A stretch of DNA of 64,000 nucleotides from Hormiphora californensis (taxonomy: Eukaryota > Animalia > Ctenophora): assembly GCA_020137815.1 (NCBI GenBank), contig CM035358.1, forward strand, positions 5,208,001 through 5,272,000, given 5' to 3'. The notes under the pieces were generated by a model. It made no database searches and was not told the DNA's origin. It worked only from the letters and a program-made list of their open reading frames with translations. Of the stretch, positions 11,480 to 22,722 are shown piece by piece. Position 1 is the stretch's first letter; each line of letters starts with the position of its first letter. A program made the position numbers and the translations under genes.

Positions 11480-14400
11480 ATGGCGAAAAAACGGTTCAAG
11501 GTTTCCTGGAAAGGAAGGCCTGGTGAACGCAAGAAGATCCAGGCAATAGAGTTGGTAAATGATGACTTTGAGCAGCTTCTTGAGCAGCTGAAAGAGAAAA
11601 TTCGGCAAAAGTACAAAATAGATGATGAACGGGAGTTCTCACTTTGGTTACGAAGTTACCCCTTGCCAGCGCGCGCGAAGGTGTCTTCGATACCAAGTTC
11701 TCACTCAGCTACCAACCAGAAAGCACAATCCATCAATCCATCAACCTAACAGACTTAGATGACGGAGATGACATGAGTGATGTGTGGGAAGCGGATGTTG
11801 AACAAAGGATTTTTATAAAATTCATAGAGGACCCTTTTTCACAAAGTGGAAGGTCATCCGTGCTGAGTAATCCAAGTTGGAGTGGTACTGATGTAACTGG
11901 GAGGAATAGCCCCTTCCAGCCAATAGAACGAGGCAGTAGTTTCTCTCCTGTTATACCAACTAACAATGTGATTCCGGAAATACCGGTAACAACACAACAC
12001 CCAGTACAAGTTCCTACACCTCAGCTAGCCGGTGCTCACGCAATACAACCTAGCTATGATCATCTCCACGGAGTTCCCCAGCCAGATCGCCCAGTACAAC
12101 CTAGCTATGATAATCTCCACGGAGTTCCCCAGCCAGATCGCCCAGTACAACCTAGTTATGATCATCTCCACGGAGTTCCCCAGCCAGATCGCCCAGTTCA
12201 ACCTAGTTATCATCATCTCCACGGAGTTCCCCAGCCAGATCGCCCAGTACAACCTAGCTATGATCATCTCCACGGAGTTCCCCCGCCATATCGCCCAGAA
12301 CAAGGTGATGATGTGAACATGGAATGCGAGGAGGGTGCAGCCCATCTTTCTGACATTGAAGTTATACCTGATACTGACGCACCTGGCGATGAAATACCTG
12401 GCGATGAAATACCTGGCGATGAACTAACTGAGGCAGCCGGTAACTGATATTTGATCAAGTCCTTTTTTCCAACTTTTTCCCAGACTTGCACGAAAAGGGG
12501 GGGGGGTGGGGTGAACACTTGAAAAAAATTGACTTTTTAGGAACTAAAAACCTGACCACCGAAAAATTGTTATCAAATTTTCAGGAGAAACTGAAATGGA
12601 TACCACTGATTCTGTTACTGATGCTGCTACTGGTTCTGTTACTGGTTCTTTTACTGATGCTGTTACTGGTTCTATTACTGGTTCTTTTACTGATGCTGTT
12701 ACTGGTTCTGTTACTGGTTCTTTTACTGATGCTGTTACTGGTTCTATTACTGGTTCTTTTACTGATGCTGTTACTGGTTCTATTACTGGTTCTGTTACTG
12801 ATGCTGTTACTGATGCTGTTACTGGTACTGTTACTGATTTGGTGAGCAACAAAGAACCAGTGACCGATGATATGGAGCCTGATGCAGCGACGGAAGAACT
12901 AGAGGAAGAAAAGAAGCGTGATCCGGACTCACTGAATGATGACTTGGATGACTGCGAGACACGTGTGGATATTGTTGATGATGAAGGTGATCAATTCCAT
13001 GGTAAGCATGTTTCCTGAGCTCTTATATCAGTCAGCCATGTTGTTCCAAATATGATACAAATAAATCTATTGGAGAGGGAAAGAAATCATTACGGCGTTG
13101 CACCTTCCGCTGACGTCCCCCGGCCCAGAGATGTCCCAGCTAAGTGATCATAACAGATGTACTATCTGGGACGTCATGTACTCCCAAAGAGTGGCAGAAC
13201 TGTCACCGAGAAACATTTCTGGCAGTACGTCGTCTCGGGCGGTTCATCTCTTATAATCACCCAGCTGGGGCATCTCTGGAGGACGTCCCCGGAAGATCTC
13301 CCGGAGGTGCAAGAGAGGCCGTAATTACCAATTATATGCAATGCACTTTTGGTAAACGTACTTAGCTGATATTATCATTTATATGCTGACATATATGATG
13401 AGGTTTTTGCTAACGTTTAACCCTTTGAGACCGATAGGGTCACCAGTGACCCCACGCTAATTATGCATCTAGCGTCTGTCCGAACTAAATCTAAGAAGTT
13501 TAAATGGTTTTCCGGGTTAGAATAGACACTTTTTGGCTGTTTTTGGGGCCATTTTAAGCTTTGAACATCTTAGTTTACTAGAAATGCCAACTCTAAGCCA
13601 TAAAAGTTGAAATTTTGGTGTAAAGTTGGTCATATCTCTAAAACGGTATAAGTAAGCCAATAATGGACCTACAAATCAAAAGAAAACCATAGGTTTTACC
13701 CCGGTATGAAGTTTCGTGATGATTTGATCAAATTTACAACGCTCAGAGGGCAAATAATGCCGGGGTCACCAGTGACCCTATCGTCCCCTAACGCTAATAT
13801 AGAAATTTGGATTTTACGTGCATTTCTAAAGGATTGGCCACCGATAAAGGTCTAAAACGGCATTTTTCAAACGGGTGCTAGCGACTAACCGACTCCATCA
13901 GTGTTATCTATACATCTTAGAGAGTCGCTGAAAAATTTTTTGAGATTCGTGCTCCTTCATAAAAGTTTTCATCTCGGCCAATTTGAAATTCTAAAATCGG
14001 CTACAGATGAGATACAGAAGTCCATAGGGTGTGTAAAATGTGCAGAATGGCCGGGTTTATATAAGTGTTATGAAGAAACATAGGGTCTAAGATGAGCGGT
14101 TTTCGAGTTATGAGGCAAAATAGCTACGAAATCTCAATTGTTTGCATTCCATTTGAGACCGATAGGGTCACTGGTGACCCCACAGAAACAAAGTTCGTAG
14201 AGACGAGTTTTTTGGTTCTGCTTTCAAGTAGGCTTGTTAGGAGTGTCTCCAGCAATTTTCAGATATTTCTGTCGATGGCGCCACTATCGGTCCCAAAGGG
14301 TTAAACCGTTTTCAGACGCAGAATTATCCTTCTATTATATATTATTTTTCACTATCGGCCTCTTTGTCATTACGGTAAGTTATAATGAAAAAGAGGCCGA

Positions 14401-17400
14401 TAGTGAAAAAGAGACCGATGGTATATTCCTTGATGATATTGATGAGGATATTAGTGGACAGGCAGAGGAAATCGGCGAAGGTATGAAGAAGAAAAACACG
14501 GTAGCATTTTAGGATGGGGCATTGCCACCACAGAATAATATAATTCGAATGGCTCATTTCCCCAAAACAATACATATCCTCAATAAATAGTTTTACGTAA
14601 CATACTGTTTTAATGATTACATAGGGTAGACCGGGGTAATTTGGACGGTGGGGCAATGTGGTCACAGGACGGGGCAATGTGGACTAGTGATTTATATGGG
14701 ACTTTTAAATTGTGGTGTTTAGTGTGAAATAACGAAAAATGACGACTTTAAAGTTAAACTTTATTTTGGTAAACTTAATTATGATAATTATTTAAATTAA
14801 GGGTCAGAATTTCACAATATGATACTTTTCTATCCAGTTTCATCATCAAAATGACATTAGCTTTCGATTTAATTAGCTAATTGGCATTTTAATGAAGCGT
14901 GGCAATTCGGACAATTTGGGGCAATTCGGACGAAAAAATCGGGGGCAATTCGGTCATAATCCAGATTACCCCATGGGGCAATTTGGACTAGACCAAATTG
15001 CCCCATGGGGCAAATTGGTTAATACAAATTGGCCTTATGGCGCCATTATACTCGTTTCTATGGTAACCATAGACAACCTGCTTTCATAATTATCCTATTC
15101 AATCAATATAGATGGCTAAAACTGAGTAAATAGACCAAAAAATAGAAAAAAAGGCGCATTTTACAACCAATTCTCTGGTTGCCAAGGTAACAAGTCAATC
15201 CATGGTGTGGCATTCGACAATCCAACTTAATACATTGAGTGGGAATCGGCCACTGTCATGATTTATTAGACTGGATCGCCATAATAGTAATTTCTGGCCT
15301 TGTAAGCACCTGAAAACACAAACATCATTCCTTTGAAAACCGTAGCTTTATTTGTGGCTTTTTGATCTTTGATGTCAATTTTTTCAAAAACCCTATTTGG
15401 GATAAGATTAAATCTTTTTCTAGTCAACTAGGCTAATCCTGAGCTTTCGAAAATGCACCCTACAGATATAGATCTGATGAATACTTAATTTTTTGGTTAA
15501 TTAGGCTAATTACTACTTAGTTAATTAATTTTGAAAAAAGGAATAGCACGGTAGTAGTATGTAAAATAGCCCCGCTGCCCCACGATTTCCGTGTCACCAC
15601 ATTATTCCATATATGGGCATGTGATGTCATAATCACGTGTCACATGACGTCACATGATGTTACGTGATTATTTTGTCACGTGACGTCACACTATCTATAT
15701 TATAAAGTACAAATGAGTGGCGTGGTGGTGATGATGATGACCTATCATCACGTGCAAATGGTGGGGGTTGCTAAGGGGTATTGGAGATTGTGGGGGGATA
15801 CTGCACGTGCATGTTTTTGGTTCTTTGTTGCGTGTTCCTGTATTGTTCCTGTGGTGTTTTGGGATCTACTACTGGAGCTGCCATGATTGCCAAAGCCTTT
15901 CCTTACGTACCCCGTTGATTCTCTACATAGCTACAATTCTACGGATCTTTATCACCTGATTCTACATGTTATTCAGCGGGATTTCCCTTGATGTTTATCA
16001 CCAGCGCTCTACCACTACCTACCTCCGTGTTCTTTACCCCGACATGGAGAGACAAAGAGTAAGAGGGGGTGGGGGCATAGAGACGGGTGGGGGGCTATTG
16101 TAGGAATTCAATGGGCTTTCTAGTCCTTATTATAATTTGCAAATGCGTGGCGTAGTGATGACCTATCCTAGCACGTGCAAATAGTGGGGGGGTTGCCAAG
16201 GAGGTGCCATAGCCCAGCTACGCAGCGGGTGATTGAAGGCTGCACGTGCGGGTTGGTGCAGTGGGTGAGAGGGGTGATTCTGGGTGAGGGGGTGGGGATT
16301 CGGGTCAACGGGTGCTCTAATTCAACGGGTTTTCTAGTAACGTCATACCGTGACGTCACGTGACGTCGTAGAATTTTTTCATATTTTCCATATATGGTCA
16401 TATTTCATGAGATGTCACATGATATCATATGATGTCTCGTGATTATGAAGTCATTATGTGATATCACTTGGAAATAACGCTGGCAAGGGATCTCATTGAT
16501 TTTTTGGTGCTGGCAAGCGCCCAATAAGCATTTTTAGCTGTCCCAAGAAATGTATTTCTGTGCAAGAGGTAGCGGGTTCGAAACCCGACCGGGCCCGGAT
16601 GGCTAGTTTAAAGTTTGCTAATTAATCGACCTCTGAAAATTATTATGGATAAATTTGGCGCTGACAAGTGCTCGAGCAGTGTATGGATATTCCCAGCTGG
16701 CAAGGGCCACAGTATAGTGTAAAATGGTACCGCTGTACCACCTAAAAATGGGGTACACACTTGATAATCCAGCAAAATGTCTTGACACTTGCATTAATGG
16801 GTGTTTTTAGCTGTTCCTAGCCATTCCTAGCTATTCCTTGTTAATTATAGGAATCTTAAAAGCGTTCCAAGTGTTCCTAGTCTATTCTCCGTATGCTCTA
16901 TGAGTGTTCCCAGCAGTTCCTTGATCATTCAATCTATTCCTAGTGTTCCTAGTCTGTTATTCACCGTTATCTGGTGTTTCTCGCTTGTTCCAGGCATCAC
17001 AAGAACACACAGGAACATCATAGGAACACGTTCGAACGGTTAGAAACACCTAGGAATAAACATGAAATCGAAAGAACACCAAGGAATCAAGGGGTTCTTG
17101 AAAAGAACACCGAGGAACCAAATACTTTTGAAAAGAACATCGAGGAACAAAAGAGCTTTTGAAAAGAACACGTCGGAACATCGAGAGAACACCTGGGAAC
17201 GCTATAAAAGGGGGATGTTTTCCATGATCATCATTTCCAACCATGTCTCATTCAAAGTCTTTTCTGAAAGCTCTACGATTAAATGACAAAAAGCGAAATA
17301 GCTCTGATTCTGACCCTGACACAGATTCTGACCCGGAGATGGAATTGTCTGATGAAGAGATCGATTCACCAAATGTCGAAAGTGAAAAGCCATACTCGAG

Positions 17401-20400
17401 TCTACTGGAGTGTTTTGGTTTGAGGCATGATCTAATTAATGCAGATTTGACTGAAATTGAGCTGACACCAGAAGAGGAGCTTCTAATAAATGCGATAAAG
17501 GAGAATGAATCATTGATCGTGATTCGTGAATTGGTGCAACAAAATCTAGAATTGGTAGAAGATATCACGGAAAAGGTGTTACCGGAAGAGAACGAAGATT
17601 GTCCAAATTGTGGGAATAAAGAGGAACAGTAAACACTAATGTAGGAACAGTGACGACTATAAAAGGAACACTTGTCTTTTAATTTATTATTGTCATTTGA
17701 TTTTTTCTGTAAAAATGTATCCATGCAATTTGTGTGATAGTGAATTTACGACTGTTTATCTTCTTCTTCAACATCAAAAATATGATCACGAAAAATGGGG
17801 ACCAACTGGTACTGACTCAGCTCAATCAATCATCGAGGCTGATGACAAAACAGAAAACGTTCCAAATGAGGAATCATCAATTATTTCTAAAAAGGATAAT
17901 GAAGTAAATAATGATATGGAAGATGAGGATGATGATATTGAGGAAGATGAAATTGAGGATAAATCTGATCCATTAAAGGATATTGACTTCAAGGCGTTGT
18001 ACCGAAAACGAGATCAACAAGCTCGGAAATATGAGAGATTATACAAATCAAAGTTGAGTGAAACAAAACAGCATCTTGAGAGAATTCTCTTGTTTGAGAA
18101 ACAACTAGATGAATTTAGGACAAAATTTAATGACACGAAGTTCTATGAGTTCTCGGATACAATAATCAACTCTAAAAATATCCGGGACTATTTAGAACTA
18201 CGAAGATTGATGGATATGAAAAGCTATGCTTCGATTGTACGTAGTAATAGACTGGTTAAAGCAATAAAAAGCCTATTTATCGGTCTAAAGTATGGAGTTG
18301 TTCCTCTAGTTGTTCCTCAGAGAAGGCATCTAAGTGCAAAAGGTAGAAAACTGATCAATCTGGTTGATTGCAAAAGCCTAGAAGAAATCAAAAGATTACT
18401 TTTAAAGCATTCGAAAGAGTTTTATAATATTTTTCAAATTATCGGGAGAACACTATCCCTTGTTGCAAGTTTAGAATATGAAAATTGAGATGTATGTAAT
18501 ATTCTATTTGTAGCTCTAAAAAGCGTGTTTTCTGACTTATTTTTGTATTTTAAGCTGTTTTTAACCGTTCCTGTATGTTCCTGTGTGTTCCTGTGCCGTT
18601 CTTGTATGTTCCTGTATGTTCTTGTGATGCCTGGAACAAGCGTGAAACACCAGATAACGGTGAATAACAGACTAGGAACACTAGGAATAGATTGAATGAT
18701 CAAGGAACTGCTGGGAACACTCATAGAGCATACGGAGAATAGACTAGGAACACTTGGAACGCTTTTAAGATTCCTATAATTAACAAGGAATAGCTAGGAA
18801 TGGCTAGGAACAGCTAAAAACACCCATTAATGCAAGTGTCAAGACATTTTGCTGGATTATCAAGTGTGTACCCCATTTTTAGGTGGTACAGCGGTACCAT
18901 TTTACACTATACTGTGGCCCTTGCCAGCTGGGAATATCCATACACTGCTGGAGCGCTTGTCAGCGCCAAATTTATCCATAATAATTTTCAGAGGTCGATT
19001 AATTAGCAAACTTTAAACTAGCCATCCGGGCCCGGTCGGGATTCGAACCCGCTACCTCTTGCACAGAAATACATTTCTTGGGACAGCTAAAAATGCTTAT
19101 TGGGCGCTTGCCAGCACCAAAAAATCAATGAGATCCCTTGCCAGCGTTATTTCCAAGTGATGTCACATAATGACTTCATAATCACGAGACATCATATGAT
19201 ATCATGTGACATCTCATGAAATATGACCATATATGGAAAATATGAAAAAATTCTACGACGTCACGTGACGTCACGGTATGACGTTATAGTGTGACGTCAC
19301 GTGACAAAATAATCACGTAACATCATGTGACGTCATGTGACACGTGATTATGACATCACATGCCCATATATGGAATAATGTGGTGACACGGAAATCGTGG
19401 GGCAGCGGGGCTATTTTACATACTACTCACGGTATACTAAATTACTAGATGACTGAAAAGTTTGAAATCGATATCTCAAAAACTGTGGCTACAATCTAAG
19501 TTTGTCCAAATAGCCCCAACCTCGGTCTGGGGCAATGTGGTGTGTCGCGGTCACGTGATTGAATGCGTGCATTGTGATTGGTGTAGAAGCCACTAGTCCA
19601 AATTGCCCCGTGTCTCGCGATCAAAAATATTCCGACTTACCTTCATTAACAAGGTTAATTAGCTAATTAAAAGTTATGTTTTCGATTCAAATTTGTTCTG
19701 AGGCTCAAGATAAAGGTTCAGTTGCACAAATTGAGTAGCTAACTATAATTAATTAAGTAAATTAATGGCTCTTGAAATACCAATTGAATGCAAAAACCGT
19801 CCAAATTACCCCGGTCTACCCTAAGTGCTGCAAAATGGTAGATATTGAATTTAATCAAATGTTATTACTGGGTTTCTGGTTTGTTTAACAGTATTTATTA
19901 CAGTTGCAAGTCCAGAAAAAATGTCTGTCGTGGAGGTAAAAGAAATACCAAGAGAAGAGCCCAACCTGAATGAATGGTAAGCACTTAAAATAATTCTGGA
20001 TTAGAATATGGTATGTTTACATGACTTCATTGCATTACTAGTATAATCTATTTTTAGGGTGGACGTTGTCGGACGTGGAATACAGCACAAGATGACTCAA
20101 GTCACCTTTGTCGTGTTTGCCAAAGTGAATGATACTGTTTGTATTGATTATGGACTTGGACCATTGCATCTACCAAAGCTAAAGGGTAGATTGAACAGTG
20201 GACTCTCCTTTTACAGCCGAACTTTCCCATTGTTAGCTTCATATCCTCTAGATTACCGCTTTTTCATCTTTAACAAGTTTTTACCTGACAAAAGCGAGGT
20301 TATAAGAACATCGGGTCACAAAACAACAGATAGAAGAAGCCTCGTGGTTCCAGAAGGTAGGTTCTTGTCAGAACTGTGCTGTCTTGAAATCATTTAGTAG

Positions 20401-20923
20401 GGTCTTATGTTATACGTATTGACTGCACTTACACTCACCAGTAATTTGAGTAAATTACCAGGTCACAGTTTGATACTACACAAATGTGTATTCGAATACT
20501 CATTGAGGACTGATCCATATAAACTGTACATGGCATTGTCGCTCTACCTTTCCGAATCAAAAGACCTTGTTTGGAGTGTAGACCAGTTCTTGAAACATAC
20601 TTTTCCTACCAACGATGAGGATTTGCGGTCTCTCCTTGAGGTAATTTACATGATTTAGCAGATAGTAAGCGGTTTTTGTCAATTTGACAATAACGTTTGA
20701 CGTTGGATATTATCAATTATCATATTTTGGTTATAATGAATTATTCTTTACAGGCCATCGGCGAGTTTCAATCTAAGAAAAATGATCTAGTATCGCATAA
20801 TCTATTGACGGTTCTACTCCTAATCATGCACAAACTGAGATGTAAGCCGGAGATTTTGCGAGATATCGCTAAGATGTTACTTAACCTACTAGATCGCAGA
20901 GCACCAAAGCAGGAAGAGAGGTA
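11480..20923 (+). CDS. Uncharacterised protein with an N-terminal PB1-like domain, repeat/acidic middle and globular C-terminus; exons ~11480-11646, 11709-12439, 12585-13000, 14316-14480, 19904-19976, 20058-20357, 20462-20640, 20754-~20923
   Basis: All downstream GT-AG junctions are phase-compatible. The N-terminus KVSWKG..ERKKI..FEQLLEQLKEKI..FSL(S/C)Y..LTDLDD resembles the PB1 pattern by eye. The first intron is inferred (see findings). Confidence 0.7.
11644..11696. mobile_element. 53-bp micro-MITE (TTGGT...ACCAA) inserted in coding sequence
   Basis: 9-bp TSD GTTCTCACT at 11635-11643 and 11697-11705; related copies at 24840, 48970, 57717 and 60319. Confidence 0.85.
12044..12297 (+). repeat. 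Coding 60-bp tandem repeat, ~4.2 copies (QPSYDHLHGVPQPDRPV-type unit)
   Basis: Repeating unit visible in the DNA and in ORF 11644-12447; period judged by eye and may be slightly shorter (51 bp, ~5 copies). Confidence 0.8.
12605..12838 (+). repeat. Coding 12/36-bp tandem repeat (TDAVTGSITGSF)
   Basis: ACTGATGCTGTT/ACTGGTTCTnTT units in frame with exon 12585-13000. Confidence 0.85.
13421..14300. mobile_element. piggyBac-like non-autonomous element
   Basis: TTAA on both sides; 17-bp TIR CCCTTTG(A/G)GACCGATAG; internal GGGTCAC(C/T)(A/G)GTGACCC palindrome present three times. Confidence 0.85.
17243..17632 (+). CDS. Intronless acidic 129-aa ORF of the mini-Polinton
   Basis: Intact ORF with CAACCATG context; TATAAAAG at 17203; ends with a CPNC motif. 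Confidence 0.7.
   Translation: MSHSKSFLKALRLNDKKRNSSDSDPDTDSDPEMELSDEEIDSPNVESEKPYSSLLECFGLRHDLINADLTEIELTPEEELLINAIKENESLIVIRELVQQNLELVEDITEKVLPEENEDCPNCGNKEEQ
17715..18488 (+). CDS. Intronless mini-Polinton ORF: C2H2 zinc finger, acidic tract, coiled coil, basic helical C-terminus
   Basis: YPCNLCDSEFTTVYLLLQHQKYDH fits a C2H2 finger; TATAAAAG at 17658; AAAAATG start context. Confidence 0.75.
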   Translation: MYPCNLCDSEFTTVYLLLQHQKYDHEKWGPTGTDSAQSIIEADDKTENVPNEESSIISKKDNEVNNDMEDEDDDIEEDEIEDKSDPLKDIDFKALYRKRDQQARKYERLYKSKLSETKQHLERILLFEKQLDEFRTKFNDTKFYEFSDTIINSKNIRDYLELRRLMDMKSYASIVRSNRLVKAIKSLFIGLKYGVVPLVVPQRRHLSAKGRKLINLVDCKSLEEIKRLLLKHSKEFYNIFQIIGRTLSLVASLEYEN

Positions 20924-22722
20924 ATTTTTTCCATGCTTGAGGTTTCCAGATCACGTTTTACCGGCACCTGGCTAAATCAAAATAGAAATTCGAAACAACC
21001 GTGGCCAAACGCCATAGGACCTGAGATTAACATAGCAATTTGTAACTAAATTATCCCAGCTCAGTTTCTTCCTCCAGAATGTGACTGTAAATGACCAGCT
21101 ACAATTTCACTTTCGGAGGCGTGGGAATATTTGTGAATCAAAATCGTTTTGATTGAAAACTAATTAGCAGGTCAGCTGCCGCGAGGCGTCATTAAATATG
21201 CTTTGATTAGACCAATTCCTAGTATACATCCTTTGATCTTTGAATAAGAACGTCACTTAAAAGAGGAGCTTGTTATCTAGTGGAATCTCAATTTCACCTC
21301 AAGTCCTCAATTTCACCTCACTCCTTCCGTCAGACCTCGGTACTTTAATTTCGAACCTATCGGGTGTGATATACCTACCTTGTGATATAGGTACCTTGTT
21401 TGTTGCTTGGCTTACCATGAAAGAGGTTCTCATCGGTCATCTCACCAGAAACCAAAGACATGAAACACCACACGCACGTCGCACGACACAAAAACCCTTT
21501 TGGCTACAATTATACGTCATGCTATAGCTATAAGACGTGATGACGCCAAGTGCTTATCGAAAGAACGATGAACATTTCACTTTTGACATAAGCTTATGTT
21601 CTTGCTCTCTCCCCTTGATTTGATTTGAAAAAGGATAAAAATCGATATATGCAATGCATATAAAGAAACTATCCCGGCTGGCTCCTATCGACGGAATGTC
21701 AATATAGACGGAGCGCTTGCCGCTTACACCTCAATATCACTTTAAAAAGTCACACACAAACAGTTCTCACGCACTACGGACAGACATACTAATACAGGGT
21801 AAGTCGGAAGAACGTGTCCGTTTGTCCCACGAGGCCTCACGAGACACCCCCAGCCGCTTCAGCGCCTCACGAGGCCCCACGAGACACCACGAGGCGCCCC
21901 ATGAGGCACTTGCTCTCTCCTCTTCAGTTCTTGCTCTCTCCGAATCACACGTCTACCCAGGGTCCTTCCAGATCTGCATGATTTTTAAACTTTGAACTTT
22001 AAGTTTTGAACTAGCAGCTCTAATCAGACCCGTGCAATATCACTCATAACCCTTCTCCACTACAAGCGGCACTGTTACACCTCGCTCTAATTACTTTGTA
22101 GAGCAGCACACAAACTAGGGGCAAAAATTTGCTATTCATTTCCGGATAGGGTTAGGAAGAGAGGAGCGAGAGATTGAAAACACATATATGTGGGAGATTG
22201 ATAGATTAACTAAGGAGAGAGAAAGAATCGATAATGGATAGAGAGATTGGACAAGTACTGATGCAGGTTGACTAAAAAATAAAGAATTAGTGACAAAAAC
22301 ACTGCTGCCGATTTTCACTATGCGAGCTTGTCTTGGGTACGTCAACAGTGCAGTGCAGCTATTTTCCACAAATCACTGCACTGGCAAGTGCCCCTGGGTC
22401 CATATGCACCTATCTCCGAACTGGATAGTCGGACTGGTCGGAGAGACTTCTTTTGTAGCTCATCCAAACCAGGAAGGTCGATTTATGAGGGATCGCCGGA
22501 TCGAGATCGTTCCCCCAAACAAAAAGTCGTATCTCGCACCCTTCTGAAGTTTTTGGGCCACGGGTTATCCATACCACTTTGATTGTTTTTTGGTACTAGT
22601 TTGATACAATGCTAAGGCAAGTTGTTTAATTATTACATATATATTATGTATATAATTAATTGGCAAGTTTGTGGGGCTTTATAATTAAATATGTTTAATT
22701 ATTAATTAGTGTTTAATTAGTA

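Larger units (their letters stand above)
15553..19427. mobile_element. Non-autonomous mini-Polinton/Maverick (3.9 kb)
   Basis: Termini AGTAGT...ACTACT; 6-bp TSD CACGGT at 15547-15552 and 19428-19433; long TIRs (15553-15692 with 19287-19427, and ~16338-17018 with ~18606-19286); no pPolB, integrase or capsid ORFs. Confidence 0.85.
14624..19821. mobile_element. Tc1/mariner-pogo-like non-autonomous element split by the mini-Polinton
   Basis: TA TSD; TIR GGGTAGACCGGGGTAATTTGGACGGT / ACCGTCCAAATTACCCCGGTCTACCC; internal GGGGCAATT(T/C)GGAC subrepeats. Confidence 0.85.

Noticed and set aside
16561-16600. Functional tRNA gene
   Set aside because: Only the variable loop and T-arm are recognisable; no D-arm or acceptor-stem pairing.
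8953-22357. CACTGCACTG ... CAGTGCAGTG as ends of a large CMC/Transib element carrying the PB1-like gene
   Set aside because: Only 10 bp match, there is no TSD, and a third copy at ~22375 pairs locally.
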